Counted from the stretch's first letter, positions 1 to 12,121 are shown. The stretch is 64,000 nt of DNA from Piedraia hortae CBS 480.64 (GCA_010093745.1 MU005957.1:248001-312000), one strand, 5' to 3'. The notes: a model not told the origin generated them from the letters alone. Made by a program: numbers and translations.

Positions 1-224
1 AGAACTTTTTTATGTGGGCCTATGAGGAGAGAGTGACATGCTAATCCGTGCCATGTTATTCATCCAACCCGGGACAGTGAGATTAAATTGATTGAGATTA
101 AATTGACCAAAGTGCCACGAGTGCTGTCCGCTGACGTTACAGGGCAATGTGTGCGAAAATCGTGCCAGTACACAATTTGAAGCTCCGGTCAAATCTACAT
201 CATCACTGTGTTTGCATTGTGCTA

Positions 225-1436
225 TCACTCTTGTCTGACCAGCCGGACCGGCAGAATCTAGCGCTTCCTGCTCCCAACCAAGTAGTACGCCAGCGCCAGG
301 GTGCACACCAGCACAAACAGGATCAATGAGTAGTTACAGGACTCCTTCCACCAAGTTCCCTCTTCGGTCTATGGGGCCACGAGGAAGGAGAAGATCAGAG
401 CAATTGCCAGCCAAATCAGGGATAGGTCGTTGAGGACGCCGCCCCGGCGGCCGAGGGACCAGCTTCGAGGGAGAAAGAGGCTGGTCTCGCAGGCGTTTGA
501 GGCGGATGTAGCCAATGGAGATGAGATAGGATAAGATGGGGAGGAGAGGGGAGACGTTGAAAACGCTGGTCAAGACGTCAAAGGCCACATCCGAGCCGAA
601 GTTGACCGTGGAAAAGAGGGGGCATACGCCTATGCAGACGACAAGTGTGTTGACAGGAACGGCCTTGCTTGGCGACACTCTGCGCAAAAGGGACGAGAAA
701 GGCATGCCATCGTCGCGGCTGAATGTCCAAATCTGACGTGACGAGGTGGTCACGACGGAGACGGTGTCGACAAAGTAGAGAATGAACAACGCAGTGCCAA
801 GGATGCAGGTTGCAGTGTTGGATTTGGTGATGTTGCGAATGATGAATAACACAGGAAAGTCGGAGTCGATATTGATGACTTGCACCTCGATATCGGTTAT
901 GCAAAAGCTGCGCTGGATGTTATTCGGAGCCCGGCGAAAGAGAGGGAAGAGCCCACGAAAATGTGATGAGCATGATGCATCCCACTAGTACGTTTCCAAA
1001 GATTGCACATAACATTGCGTATGGCAGCTGGGTTGAGGCATCGTTCATCTCATCAGACAAGTGGGCGCCTGCGTCTAGGCCAATGAACAGCCATAGTGGT
1101 GTTGTCAATTCGATTAAAGATGACAAGCCCATGTTGCTCTATTGGCCGCCGTTGCTGTTCTGTTTACGCCATTGAAGGCTTCAACAAGCAGCACTTACTA
1201 GAAGCTCGTGAAAACATCGGAGGCGGACGCATTTTTTAAGGCATTACCCAAAAGATGATGAGGAAACCCAAAAAGCCAAGAACGTGGAGGCAAAGTATGG
1301 CGCCCTCGATCCGTGGCAACTGATCTGCGAGGCAAATATTGAACAATTCAAAAATCACGATGAATGCGAAGGTCATCAGAGTCAGTTGCCAGTTCTTGGG
1401 GAAGCTTGCGTCGGGGGGATATGCTCGCCCAGACAA
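225..1436 (-). pseudogene. Amino-acid (GABA/choline-type, APC superfamily) permease pseudogene, N-terminus missing
   Basis: Minus-strand fragments in shifting frames carry permease motifs: NWQLTLMTFAF..FN...LPRIEG, FIGLDAGAHLSDEMNDAS..LPYAM, TTSSRQIWTFSRDDGMPFS, and a C-terminal LALAYYLVGSRKR*ILPVRLVRQE* ending at TGA 225-227. Several frameshifts and in-frame stops. Permease-like sequence ends near 1430. Confidence 0.85.
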
Positions 1437-2909
1437 GGCAGGGCCATCAGGAACAGGGACTCGAGCAAGAGGACCGGCAAGATATCCCGGCCGACTTCCT
1501 TGGGCAACCCATCAAGCAAGCCAGTGGGAGCCACGACCGTGAAAAAGACCTCGACACCCCTGAAAACTGGCTAAGGCTGGTAGGAATCTGGAAAGAGTAT
1601 GGTGGCCCCATAAGGCGCCCTGCGTCAACGCCTGGACGAGCTAAGTTCGTCATTTTGGCCACACCATCACTTCCTCAGGGGAAGGTGGCCATGCAGGCCT
1701 CAAATCATGGCTCCACAGCTCCAAAGTGACATGTTCACTTTTTACAATAAGCTCGGGCCATTCTGTGAGGCCCACGTTAAGAAATATACCAGGTGCCTGG
1801 GAACGGCCCAGGATAAGCGGCACCCGCAGTTTCATGGAAAGGGATTGTTCAACGCGCTTGTGGGAGTAGTATCTGTGAAGCAGTTGAAGGAGCTCGATAT
1901 TCAAATCAAGAAGAGCCTGACAGAGAGACGCCGGCTTTGTACGGAGCCCGATTACCTCCGGCCCGCTTGCACGTGTGTTTTCGAACGAACATTGGGCGTT
2001 CCCTGTGAATACCATCGGGAAAATTTTATAGTTGATCATGAGGGGCATCAAGCCCCGCTGCGTTTAACGGATCTGTTTGACAGACTTTATCAGGTCCCAC
2101 GGACAGACACCGCAGCGGTAGGTTAGAGGACCCCTTCAGTAGTTGGAGGTGAACCTCGTAGGAGATTGGAGTCTCGTTCCCGGTACCAGGCAAGGGTGGC
2201 AACGCAGTTACGGCCCCATGAGCGCGGAGCCGGGAAGAACAGTACTATTTAAGGACTAACGAATGCGGAGCGGTTGAACGCAGCCAGTCAAGCATCAGCC
2301 GTGCTAATTTCAAGGCAGAGCGCCCCGGCAGACGCCGTCCAAGAGCCAACACAGATTGCAAGGAATTGGGAGCCTCAGCGACCGATTGAAACGCAGATCG
2401 CGCTGGTCCTGCCACCTCAACTAGCACATTCTTCCAATGCAAGACTGGGTGCAGCATTGGGCGCTGCGGATGTGCCAGAGAGTAGTCACAGTGTGGCCCG
2501 ATTTGTCATAGAGGCTCCCCTTGCGAGAGTCGAGGATTGACGTAGGTTGCTCAGTCGCCAGACCAGGGCAAGTCCCAACTCCCAGTTACGTTGACTGAAG
2601 CTGGAGCAACTCCCCCTGTCATGACGATGTCGACAGTGCAAATTCAAGAGTTGTTAGCGCAGCGGGAGGCGGAGATTACGGCCTTAAACCAGTTGTTGGC
2701 CTCCCGGCAGTGATGACCCGCAACTCTCACGGGGCGTTGTCTTTAATATAACAAGTAGTCGATGCGATGGCAGTGAGATGCGGGCACTAGCACCGGGAGC
2801 TAGTACTAGTGCGATTCAAAATGCCAAGAGATCACGTGAGGGTGATACTTATCTGAAATGCGAGTGATATTTATAAAGTCCCGATGACTGACGCACTAGG
2901 CGGACGCAC
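1430..2909 (+). mobile_element. Mutator-like (MULE) DNA transposon relic: C-terminal half of transposase plus possible right terminus
   Basis: About 1598-1725 reads WWPHKAPCVNAWTS*VRHFGHTITSSGEGGHAGLKSWL, typical of the fungal MULE catalytic-Glu region. SWIM-type CTCVFERTLGVPCEYH follows in ORF 1707-2126. Stops and frameshifts are present. The right boundary near 2909 is an inference; no left end is visible. Confidence 0.7.
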
Positions 2910-3077
2910 TTTTTTCTTTGACTCGTTTCTTAACAAGATCACGCATGTAATCACGTGAGAACGGAATCTATTCCGTGCCATCAGTTGCCCCACGGTGGGG
3001 CCCCAACCATGGCTTGCGTTACGCCATCGGATGTTTCCGTTCTTTGGTTTCTTTCTCGTTAGAAAACACACAAGGCT

Positions 3078-4328
3078 GTGATGGCAGAAGGTGTCAACGA
3101 ATCTGAAATGCAAGCTTCAGGCAATGAATTCTATGGCCTCAAGTGGGTTGAGCAGCTCGCTGATCCGCGTCCAGAATGGACCGTAGAGCTCGACGTTAAT
3201 GCCATCAAGTACGAAGCCGAGAAGGCTGTGGGCCCAGAAAACACTCAAGTCAGCTTCTACGCCCAAGGCGGCTTCAACCGACTTTTTGAAATCGTCGCTG
3301 GCAACAAAACGTACTTGATGCGGGTATCACTGCCGGTCGACCCATACTGGAAGACAAGCAGCGAGGTTGCCACGCTATCATGGGTAGAAAAGAACACGAC
3401 CATGCCCGTGCCACACGTTGTGGCGTACAACAGCAATAGGAAAAACGCAATTGGATTTGAATGGATGCTGATGACCAAGCTTCCTGGAGTTAACCTGTCA
3501 AAAGAATGGCGAAACGTCAGCTTTGAAACGAAACGATATGTTACTGAGCAAATCGCCGAGTACTTGGTAGCATTGTTTAGTAAACAGAAGAATGCAATTG
3601 GAGGCCTGCATGAAGGATCAGAAGACCGTGGACGAATCGTGGCGATGGAGTTCTTCTGGAATAAAAGACTTAGCTACGACGTCAACAGAGGCCCGTTCAA
3701 ATCTAGCCATGATTGGATGCTCGCTCGCTTGTCGGTTGTAGAGCAGGATTGGCAAGAAACATTGGACCATTCGCAAGATGACGCAGAGACTTACGACGCG
3801 GAGCAAATTATCATTGTCGTCAAAGCACTCCGTGGTATCTTGGACGTCGTGTTTCCCCCTACCAGCACAACTGAGCCTTCAATGCTAGTACACGATGACA
3901 TGCACAAGAGCAACATACTTGTCGATGTCGATTCTGGCAGGGTAACGGGCATTGTTGACTGGGAATGCGTGTCTTGGCTTCCACTGTGGAAGGCATGCGA
4001 TCATCCCCACTTCTTATGCGATGGCAAACGGTCTACAGAGCCCGTCCGGGGGAGCTATACTGTTGGGAAAGACGGGGAGGTAAACGAGCTCTACTGGGAA
4101 AACCTGATGGAGTGGGAATCAACACGGCTTCGACAACATTTTGACAACATCATGCAACGCACTTGTCCGGAATGGGTTCAGATCTACGACAGATCAGGTC
4201 TTCAACGCGACTTCGACGGTGCGATCATCCAGTGCAGCGCTGAATATGCCAGACCAGGGATCATGGACTGGATCAAGAAGGTATCTCAGGGTGACTTGAC
4301 AGCTCGGATCGGCGATGACGATGACTAA
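3078..4328 (+). CDS. Aminoglycoside phosphotransferase (APH)/choline-kinase-like protein, intronless, intact
   Basis: 416-aa ORF (first ATG 3081) with AQGGFNRLF, LMRVSLPVDP..KT.SEVATL, PVPHV, Brenner motif HDDMHKSNILVD and IVDWE. Confidence 0.9.
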   Translation: MMAEGVNESEMQASGNEFYGLKWVEQLADPRPEWTVELDVNAIKYEAEKAVGPENTQVSFYAQGGFNRLFEIVAGNKTYLMRVSLPVDPYWKTSSEVATLSWVEKNTTMPVPHVVAYNSNRKNAIGFEWMLMTKLPGVNLSKEWRNVSFETKRYVTEQIAEYLVALFSKQKNAIGGLHEGSEDRGRIVAMEFFWNKRLSYDVNRGPFKSSHDWMLARLSVVEQDWQETLDHSQDDAETYDAEQIIIVVKALRGILDVVFPPTSTTEPSMLVHDDMHKSNILVDVDSGRVTGIVDWECVSWLPLWKACDHPHFLCDGKRSTEPVRGSYTVGKDGEVNELYWENLMEWESTRLRQHFDNIMQRTCPEWVQIYDRSGLQRDFDGAIIQCSAEYARPGIMDWIKKVSQGDLTARIGDDDD

Positions 4329-5167
4329 GCATCTTTGAAAAACTGAGATAATGATATGACGGACTTCGTGTGGTAGTTGGCATTGTTGCTAGTTACCCAA
4401 GTTGTCAATCTTTCGTCGAGACCTGATGTTATGCTGTTCCTGAAAAGTCTGGAAGAAATCATTGAAACTGTTGCTTTGTGGACCCATTTATCCATGGAAT
4501 CTATATTCTCAATGGTCATGGTTCTCTAACCGTCACGGGGGGTTCTGTAGGGTGCTGTAGGCTACGGAACCCCCGGTGAACAACCCTACAGACTCTAGGA
4601 TTGTTGTCAAAGGGCCTCCGAGATGGGAAGCCATGTCGCACGTAAATGCGCGCTTACACAATAATCGTCTTCAAGTTTCTCCTTTGCTAGGGGGTGCAGC
4701 GCACAACAAGCAACGAAAAAGGAAATCTTTCCGTTGTTAGGCCTTCACCTCCCCCGCTCTCGTAGAGAGTGCTCAACACCCACACGATATCAATGCGAAT
4801 ACTTGTCATATAGACGCGAAACAAGGGCGAGACAAATTTCCAAGTAATGGTATATCATGTGTGTGAGTTTTACAATGGTAGCTGCCTTGTCGCGTTCACT
4901 ATAGCGGTTCAAACTCGACGGGCGTTCTTCTTCGCGGCACAGTTACCGCTCTACACCGGCAACCGGGCCCGATGGGCCGAACACTATCTCTCCTCCCGTA
5001 GATCCTACGGATGCAATGATGACTACATATGGCATCCAAAGCTGACACGCATTGCACAGCCCCAAAGGCTCCACTTGACCATAAAGAGGTCTTTAGTTCC
5101 CTTCGCTCGTCTTTAGTTTCCTTCTTGCTCTTGAGTTCAATTTTTTTATCAGCTTACAACATTCAAC

Positions 5168-5607
5168 ATGAGTAGTCGAGCTGGGAAAGCTCTGCGCGAA
5201 TTTATTGACAACTTTCCTGATGACAAGCTCACCTACTTACCTGAACAAGGTACAGTCTTTAAGAACCAGGACTATCGACTTGATGTCCAAGGGGTATGTG
5301 TAATCTGAATTGCGTCGGCCCAATCAACAAACATCGTGCTAACTGCATTTTGTAGCTCGCAGACGAGGGCAAGAGCTACAACGTACAAGTCCAAATCAAT
5401 AGTGGTACAAAGATCTCAACCATATCAAGAATCGTGAAGTCCAAGAAGTCTGCGACAACTGTGGCAATGGTCTTGGTGCCAAAGGACGGATCCATGGAAC
5501 CGGATGAGATTCGAAAGAAGCTGCTACTGTCCACCCGACACTACACCATCAATGCCATCAAGTCGTCCGACATCGAAAAGTCAGAAGAGTCACACAAAAA
5601 TGGATAG
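5168..5607 (+). CDS. Small two-exon hypothetical protein, 125 aa (not in ORF track)
   Basis: Exon 5168-5293 (MSSRAGKALREFIDNFPDDKLTYLPEQGTVFKNQDYRLDVQG), 62-nt intron 5294-5355 (GTATGT...GCTAAC...TAG), exon 5356-5607 in frame to TAG. A paralog with the same intron position and length lies at 12686-13023. Confidence 0.8.
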
Positions 5608-6335
5608 CTATAGCTACCGAAGAGGTTAGTTGTTCAAATGTGATCATTTTTTACAAAATCTCTTCCCCATTGCTGGATTGCACCACAAGTTCAGCAAGCA
5701 TTCCATCCGTCCAAGCCACTGTCCACATAGAACCAGCCATTACCGATGATGATCTGGGAAAGCTCTTTTGCGTGGGTGACAAACACACGAGATGTTGTGC
5801 TCCAATCCCGGGACATTGGCGTTGCTCATATAAAATAACATAAACATGTTACCTAATTTGAATTCTAACGATATTCTTCCCGTTGAAACCCGTCGATTCG
5901 TTCAATCGGCACGCACATAGGCACCTCAAGGTATTGCAAACAGATGGTATGTGCGAGTGAGAACGATGGATGGACAGTAGAGATGTGTTCATGGATATAT
6001 ACAAGTATATCTTCGAGGGGACATCAGAGAATATATTCTGGGCTAGAAGATCCGTGCGTAGCCTCGTATGAAGAGTCATCAACCGTATGACCGTAAATAA
6101 GGGGTCGTACATGCAGTAAGACCGTCGGCATGCAGCCTTACTCCATGACTCACCTTAAACAGTAGTAGGGCGTATTCACCATGTCGCATGCGACATGACC
6201 CTAAGGGAAACCTCTATGAGGACAAAACCTAGGTTGCAGTTGGTAGTGTAGGAGGTATCGCTGACTTGCGATGCAAGTGCCCCGCATACGCGCTAGCGGC
6301 GATGCTAGAATCCAACACTTTTGGCGTTCGGCGGT

Positions 6336-6418
6336 TGTCACGGCTAATGCCGACAGGGTCCGTGCTCTCTGTAGTAGTCTCCTCGCGCGACAACATAGTT
6401 CCAACGCGTACCCTGACA
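6336..6418 (+). repeat. 5' LTR (83 bp; 20-bp internal deletion relative to the 3' LTR)
   Basis: TGTCA...TGACA ends; identical to 12122-12224 except for one substitution and the 20-nt gap. Confidence 0.95.
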
Positions 6419-6420
6419 GT

Positions 6421-6429
6421 TTGTCGCGC
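6421..6429 (+). promoter_or_regulatory. Self-priming primer-binding site
   Basis: TTGTCGCGC, 2 nt after the 5' LTR, is the exact reverse complement of GCGCGACAA inside the LTR (6385-6393). There is no TGG tRNA-type PBS. Confidence 0.75.
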
Positions 6430-6447
6430 CTAAAACCACACACAATA

Positions 6448-6524
6448 TTGAGTTAGGTTTGAGTTAGGTTTGAGTTAGGTTTGAGTTAGGTTTGAGTTAG
6501 GTTTGAGTTAGGTTTGAGTTAGGT
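6448..6524 (+). repeat. Perfect tandem repeat (TTGAGTTAGGT)x7 in the retrotransposon 5' leader
   Basis: Seven exact 11-nt units counted directly. Confidence 0.97.
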
Positions 6525-6645
6525 TCCAGAACCTTAAAGCGAACGGAACGGCAGTGCGGCCGACACGACTTGACGCGACGTGACCTGATAGAAACGGTAA
6601 GGAAAGCAAACGGCAGCGCGAGGCCGAGTATCTAGAGAAGTCGAA

Positions 6646-8098
6646 ATGGCACACCAATCCGAAACCAGTCAGGGTGGTATGGGTGCGACCCACAGGGCCC
6701 AAGGGCAGAGTGCAGCGCCAACCATTGGCTTTGAGCAGATGATTAATCAGTACAGCACAAACGGCTATGTCACCAGACAGTTCGAGCAAGATAGCGGCTA
6801 CGCCGCCTTGGAGGTTTTAAAACATGTTTGGGAGAAGAAGATGGATGCTGGCGAGCGTAAAGCATTTGCTGAGAAGTTTGTCCCTTGGTTGGACCAGGGC
6901 TTATACGCCGATGATCAGGCACAGGTCTCCTTGCGCAAGCAGGTTGATGACCTTACCTTTCAATACGGCACGCTGTGGCAACGCTACAATAGCCTACAAG
7001 AAAATTTTACCAAGCTTTCGGAGTCACTAGCAGAGATGAGCGCCAGTAAGGGTACCGCACCGAATACTCGAGAGGAAGGTCCCAAAAAGTTTAGTGGTGA
7101 GGGGAATGCTGTGAAAAAGCGTCAGGAATTCCGACTGTGGAGGTGGTGTTTGACCTACAAACTCGATGCCGAAAAAAAAGTATACAACTGAAGAACTGAA
7201 GTTGAAATACGCGGTATCCCGCCTTGCTGGCGGGGTATGGGCCATGGCAAGCTCTATTGCACATGTCGTGGAGCACGATGTTCCGTTTGCCAATTGGCAT
7301 TACCAGACCTTGGCTTCGTTGTTGAAAGATATGTCACAAGTTTACGACTCGGTAGACGCGAAGAAAACAGCAGAGGCCAACCTATCCAACCTCAAGATGG
7401 GTCCAGACAAGCCGTGGCCGGAATTTTTCGCCAAATTCACCGAATGTCATTCCGAGCTCTCGTATGACACGACGGCAAAGGTGTCCCAGCTGCGCCCACG
7501 CATAAACAAGCGCCTGCGAGACGCCATCTCCTACCAAGCCAATACCCCACCAGACGATGATTACGAGGGTTGGGTCCGTCTCTATGCGAAACTGGACGAC
7601 AGCACCCGTCGGGTGGAGGAAGCACAGGATCCATCCGGTTTTCTGCCCGGAACCCAGGAGGTTGACATGCACGCCTCCGATCCTATGGAGATAGATAAAC
7701 TTAATGCTGTCCTGCAGCGCACGGGCGACCAACAGGTTTCTCAAACGCAATACAATTACCGAAAAGCCAACGACTTTTGCTTTGGGTGTGGGAGCGCTGA
7801 ACACTGGTGGCGACGTTGTCCCAAACGTCAAAAACCGCGTGGAAGCGATAGGGGCAGCCGTGGCGGTCGTGGGGATCGTTGAAGTCGTGGGGGCCGAGGA
7901 GGTCGTGGGGACGGTCAATTGCAGTGGGGCTCGGGGCAGGGATGGAGAAGTTGGAATTATGCTCCTCCTTTCCAGGTCCATCAGATGGGCACGCATCCCA
8001 TACAGTTCCTCCCTTGGCCGACCCCTCCTGTAGGCACCCCATCCCCTACCGCGCCCCAACAGCTCGAGGACGTTGAAGACGTCCCAAAAAAAGCATAA
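6646..8098 (+). pseudogene. gag: gag (capsid, CCHC zinc knuckle, RGG-rich region)
   Basis: ATG 6646; frameshift in the A8 run at 7172-7179; knuckle CFGCGSAEHWWRRC; premature TGA 7880-7882; the same frame continues to TAA 8096-8098. Confidence 0.85.
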
Positions 8099-11000
8099 CT
8101 TCCTCGCAAAGTCGCGTGGGGAAGTCGGAAAAAAGTTGCTCTGAACCAGAATTGGAACCGTTACTCTTGACATCTATTGGCTCCCAACACCTATTGCTTG
8201 ACTCCATAGTTCTAGGTAGAAAAGGCTTAACAGCCAACTCAATGATCGATTCAGGATGTTCCGGAACAGCCTTCATGAGTATCACTTTTGCGCAAACATC
8301 GAAGCTGCAGCTGCAGAGACTCAAAACGCCGAGACGCTTGCTGATGGCCGACAACTCCGCCAGTGAAGCGGGATATGTTACCCACTTCGTGCAATCATGG
8401 TTCCAGATTGGAAACCACCGTGAGTTCCTCATTTTTTATCTCACGCAGCTTAATGTCGACATCATACTAGGTCTTCCATGATTGCGTTTGCATAACCCTC
8501 GTATAGACTGGGCGAGTAACTCGGTGATATTTGACTCGTCCAACTGCTGCTTTAACTGTCTGAAGGATGGTCAGCCTTGCAGATTGGAGGGACGATCTGA
8601 ACGTGCTCACAAACGCTACCAAGCTACGGTGGAGGACTGTGCGGAAGACAAAATTGGCACATTGGACATATCGGTGTTGGACCCTGACAGCATTCTGGCG
8701 TACTGCCGATCCGACGGAGTTTACGCCCACTTGGTCACCTTGACAGAGCTATCGGAGGATCGAATGGATGAGGACCCCATAACAATTCATAGATTGACGC
8801 AGGATGACATCGACAAATTTTTGGAAAAGCAGCGGCGCAGCCCGTACACACCAGAAGAGCTGGAAAGAAAAATCCCTAAAGAGCACCACGGCATGCTGAA
8901 GGCTTTTTCCAAGCAAGCTGCAAACCAATTGCCGCCACATCGGGCGACTGACACAAAAATTCTTTTGAAACAGGCCATGGCACCACCCTACCACAAATAA
9001 GGGCCGTTTAGCACAGAGGAAAATAAGATCATCAAGGAGTGGTTGGATGATCAACTGGCTAAGGGTTTCATCAGGAGGTCGACTTCGCCTGCCGCAGCGC
9101 CGATCCTCATTGCAAGGAAACCTGGTGGTGGAGTTAGAATCTGCCATGACTACCGAGGGTTGAATGCAGCCACGATCAAGAATCGGTTTCCTCTGCCATT
9201 GATACATGACACCCTGGCCAAGATTGGGAAAGCAAAATAGTTCACCAAACTGGACGTGATCGCGACCTTCAATAGGATTCGCATCGCCGAAGGGGAGGAA
9301 TGGAAGACAGCTTTTATAACGCGATACGGCCTTTTTGAGCAGCTGGTCACCCCGTTTGGCCTGTGCAATGCCCAGTCCTTCTTCCAAAACTATATCAACC
9401 AGGCACTGCATGACATATTGGACGTGTATTGCTCTGCATACCTGGACGATGTTATCATTTTCTCGGATAATCTCGATGATCATTACGAGCACGTTAATCA
9501 GGTCCTGAGGAGGCTTCTTGCGGCCGGGCTACAGATCGACGTGGACAGATGCGAGTTTCACACAACGTCAACCAGATATCTTAGCCTCATCGTGGGAAGA
9601 GACGGTATCTCCATGAACCCCGCAAAAGTTAAAACAATATTGTCGTAGCCAAACCCTGGTGACTGCCCTAAGAATAAGGTCAAGTAACTCCAACGTGTTT
9701 TGGGGTTTGCCAATTATTATCGGCGCTTTGTAGCAGGATACTCAAAAATAGCGAGGCCACTCACAGAGCTGACCAAGCCACAGGTAGCATGGGATTGGTC
9801 TGAGGAATGTGATCAGGCGTTCCGTGCCCTCAAGCGTGCATTCACCAGCGCACCAGCGCACCAGCCTTACAGTACTTTGACCCAACACGGAAAACAATTG
9901 TCGAAACGGACGCATCAGATTGGGCGGCCGGTGGAGTACTGTCCCAGGACCATAACGGCACACTGCACCCGGTAGCCTTTTTCTCATCCAAGCACTCTGC
10001 AAGAGTGTAATTACGATATATACGACAAGGAACTTCTGGCGATTGTGAAAGCCCTAGAGTGGCAGCCAGAACTCCAGGGTTTGGGCCAGTTCGATATCTT
10101 TACCGACCATAAAAATTTAGAGTACTTCATGACCACGAAGCGACTTAAACAAAGGCAAGCTCGATGGGCAGAATTTTTGTCGGGCTTCAATTTTACGATT
10201 GCATATAGCCCTGGGAGGCACTGTGAACAGCCTGACGCGCTCAGCCGGATGCCGGGCACAAGTCCCGTAGATGCGAACGACGTTCGCCTGTGCCACGGTG
10301 AGCAACAACTCCTCCCAGACAGCAAACTGGCCCCAGGCGTAAAGCCACTAGACACAACTCCAAATGCCATGAATGTCGTATTGGTAGACTCGCTGAGCAA
10401 CGTCGACAAGCCCATGGATGAGCTGATCACAGAAGCATATGCTAAGTCTCCAATTGTACTTTGTATGATGAAAGCAATACAGGAAGGAAAGCGGAACTGG
10501 CCGAGAAGCATCCGCAGGGACTTGCAAAGAGTGCCAATTAGGAAATGCAGGATTGTGTGTGACAAGATCATCTCGAAGGCAGATTGTTCATCCCTAAAGA
10601 CGATGAAACAGTACTTCAAATTCTCCACCGAAACCACACGCTAGGACTGGCAGGCCATCCCGGCCGGACCAAAACCTTGGATCTTGTCAGACAGAATTAT
10701 ATTTGGCCACGAATGCACCAGGATTTAGCACGCTTTGTGCCAAACTGCAGCACATGTCGACGATCAAAGGCATCAAGACAGGCTCCTTTCGGGCTCCTAC
10801 AACCTTTACCAGTACCTTTGGGTAAATGGGAGGACATTTCCATCGATTATGTCACGGATTTGCCTGAATGCAAGCGGAATAAACCAAGTCTACAGGCACA
10901 TCTTGGTCGTGGTAGACCGACTGACGAAAATTCACCATTACATTCCCATGGCAAGCCTGGACGTCCCCGATTTGGTTGATGGATTCCTCTGGCGGGTCTG

Positions 11001-11916
11001 GTCCCTACACGGCACCCCACTGTCCATTGTCAGTGACCGAGGATCCCAATTTGTCTCCATTTTTTGGGGACAGTTAAGCAAGCGACTCGGTACGACACTA
11101 ACGCCCTCATCATCGCATCATCCTCAGACAAACGGGCAAACCGAAAACGCGAATGTCTGTATGGAAGTCTATCTCCGATCGTATGTCAACTACCTCCAGG
11201 ACGATTGGTACGATTGGTTGCCAATGGCGGAATTTGCAGCCAACAATGCGTGCTCGGAATCCACAGGCCTGACACCTTTTTTCGCCAACTACTTCGCTCA
11301 CCCCAGAATGGGAACGGAACTGCAAGGCCCGCAACCGCCACGTATGACGTTCAAACAGAGACGAGATTACTTGGCAGCGAACGACTATGCAGAGAAGCTG
11401 CAGCAGATGTTGGATCATCTTCAAGCGGCCTTGAGAGAGGCGCAAGAAATACAAGCCGACGCGGCAAACCGGAAACGTCTACAATCTGACTTCAAAGAGG
11501 GAGAAAAAGTTTTCCTGAACACCAAGTACATTAAAACGCTTTGTCAATCTAAAAAACTCGACGCCAAGAATAAAGGACCTTTCGTCATTGAAAAGGCATA
11601 AGAGACAGCATGTCGGTTGAAGCTTCCCGCAGGGTCCAAGATATTTCCCGTCTTCTATAACTCATTGTTGACTAGGGCTTTCGACGATGCTCTGCCGGGT
11701 CAAGATCAACTCAACGAATCACCGGAAGAGGAAGGTGTCCTGGTACATCATGATGACGTGGACGATAGAGTGGAACTCGAGTTCAGCCACATAATAAAGC
11801 AGAGAGGCCGGCAGAACATCAAGTACTTGATACAATGGAGGAATCAGGCGGCCACGTGGGAGGAAGCAGAAAGTTTGAGGGGACCAATTCAAAGAATTTT
11901 ACCAGGAGAACCCTGA
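8086..11916 (+). pseudogene. pol: pol polyprotein (protease, RT, RNase H, integrase, chromodomain), disrupted
   Basis: Protease MIDSGCSG; RT CHDYRGLN, PFGLCNA, YLDD; RNase H ETDASDW and TDHKNL; integrase HPG..C..C, VSDRG, GQTENAN, KGPF; chromodomain KYLIQWRNQAATWE. Stops at 8479, 8998, 9238 and 9646, plus several frameshifts. End approximate. Confidence 0.95.
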
Positions 11917-12121
11917 CAAACCGAAGCCTTTCATGTACCACAAGTACCTTCGGCTCCATGAGGTTCGGGACACTGAACGAGTCCACTCTCCAACTGATCG
12001 AAATACGAGAATTCGAAAACCCTCAAAGCGGCTGCTTGGACGATGATCCGTTGCACCCTGAAGGAAAAAAGTTCCAAGTGGTTAGTTTTCGGGTCGAAAA
12101 CACTTTTTGGACGGAGGCAAC

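Noticed and set aside
6448..6524. CRISPR array or true chromosome end
   Set aside because: There are no spacers, the context is eukaryotic, and the array is internal to a TSD-bounded retrotransposon.
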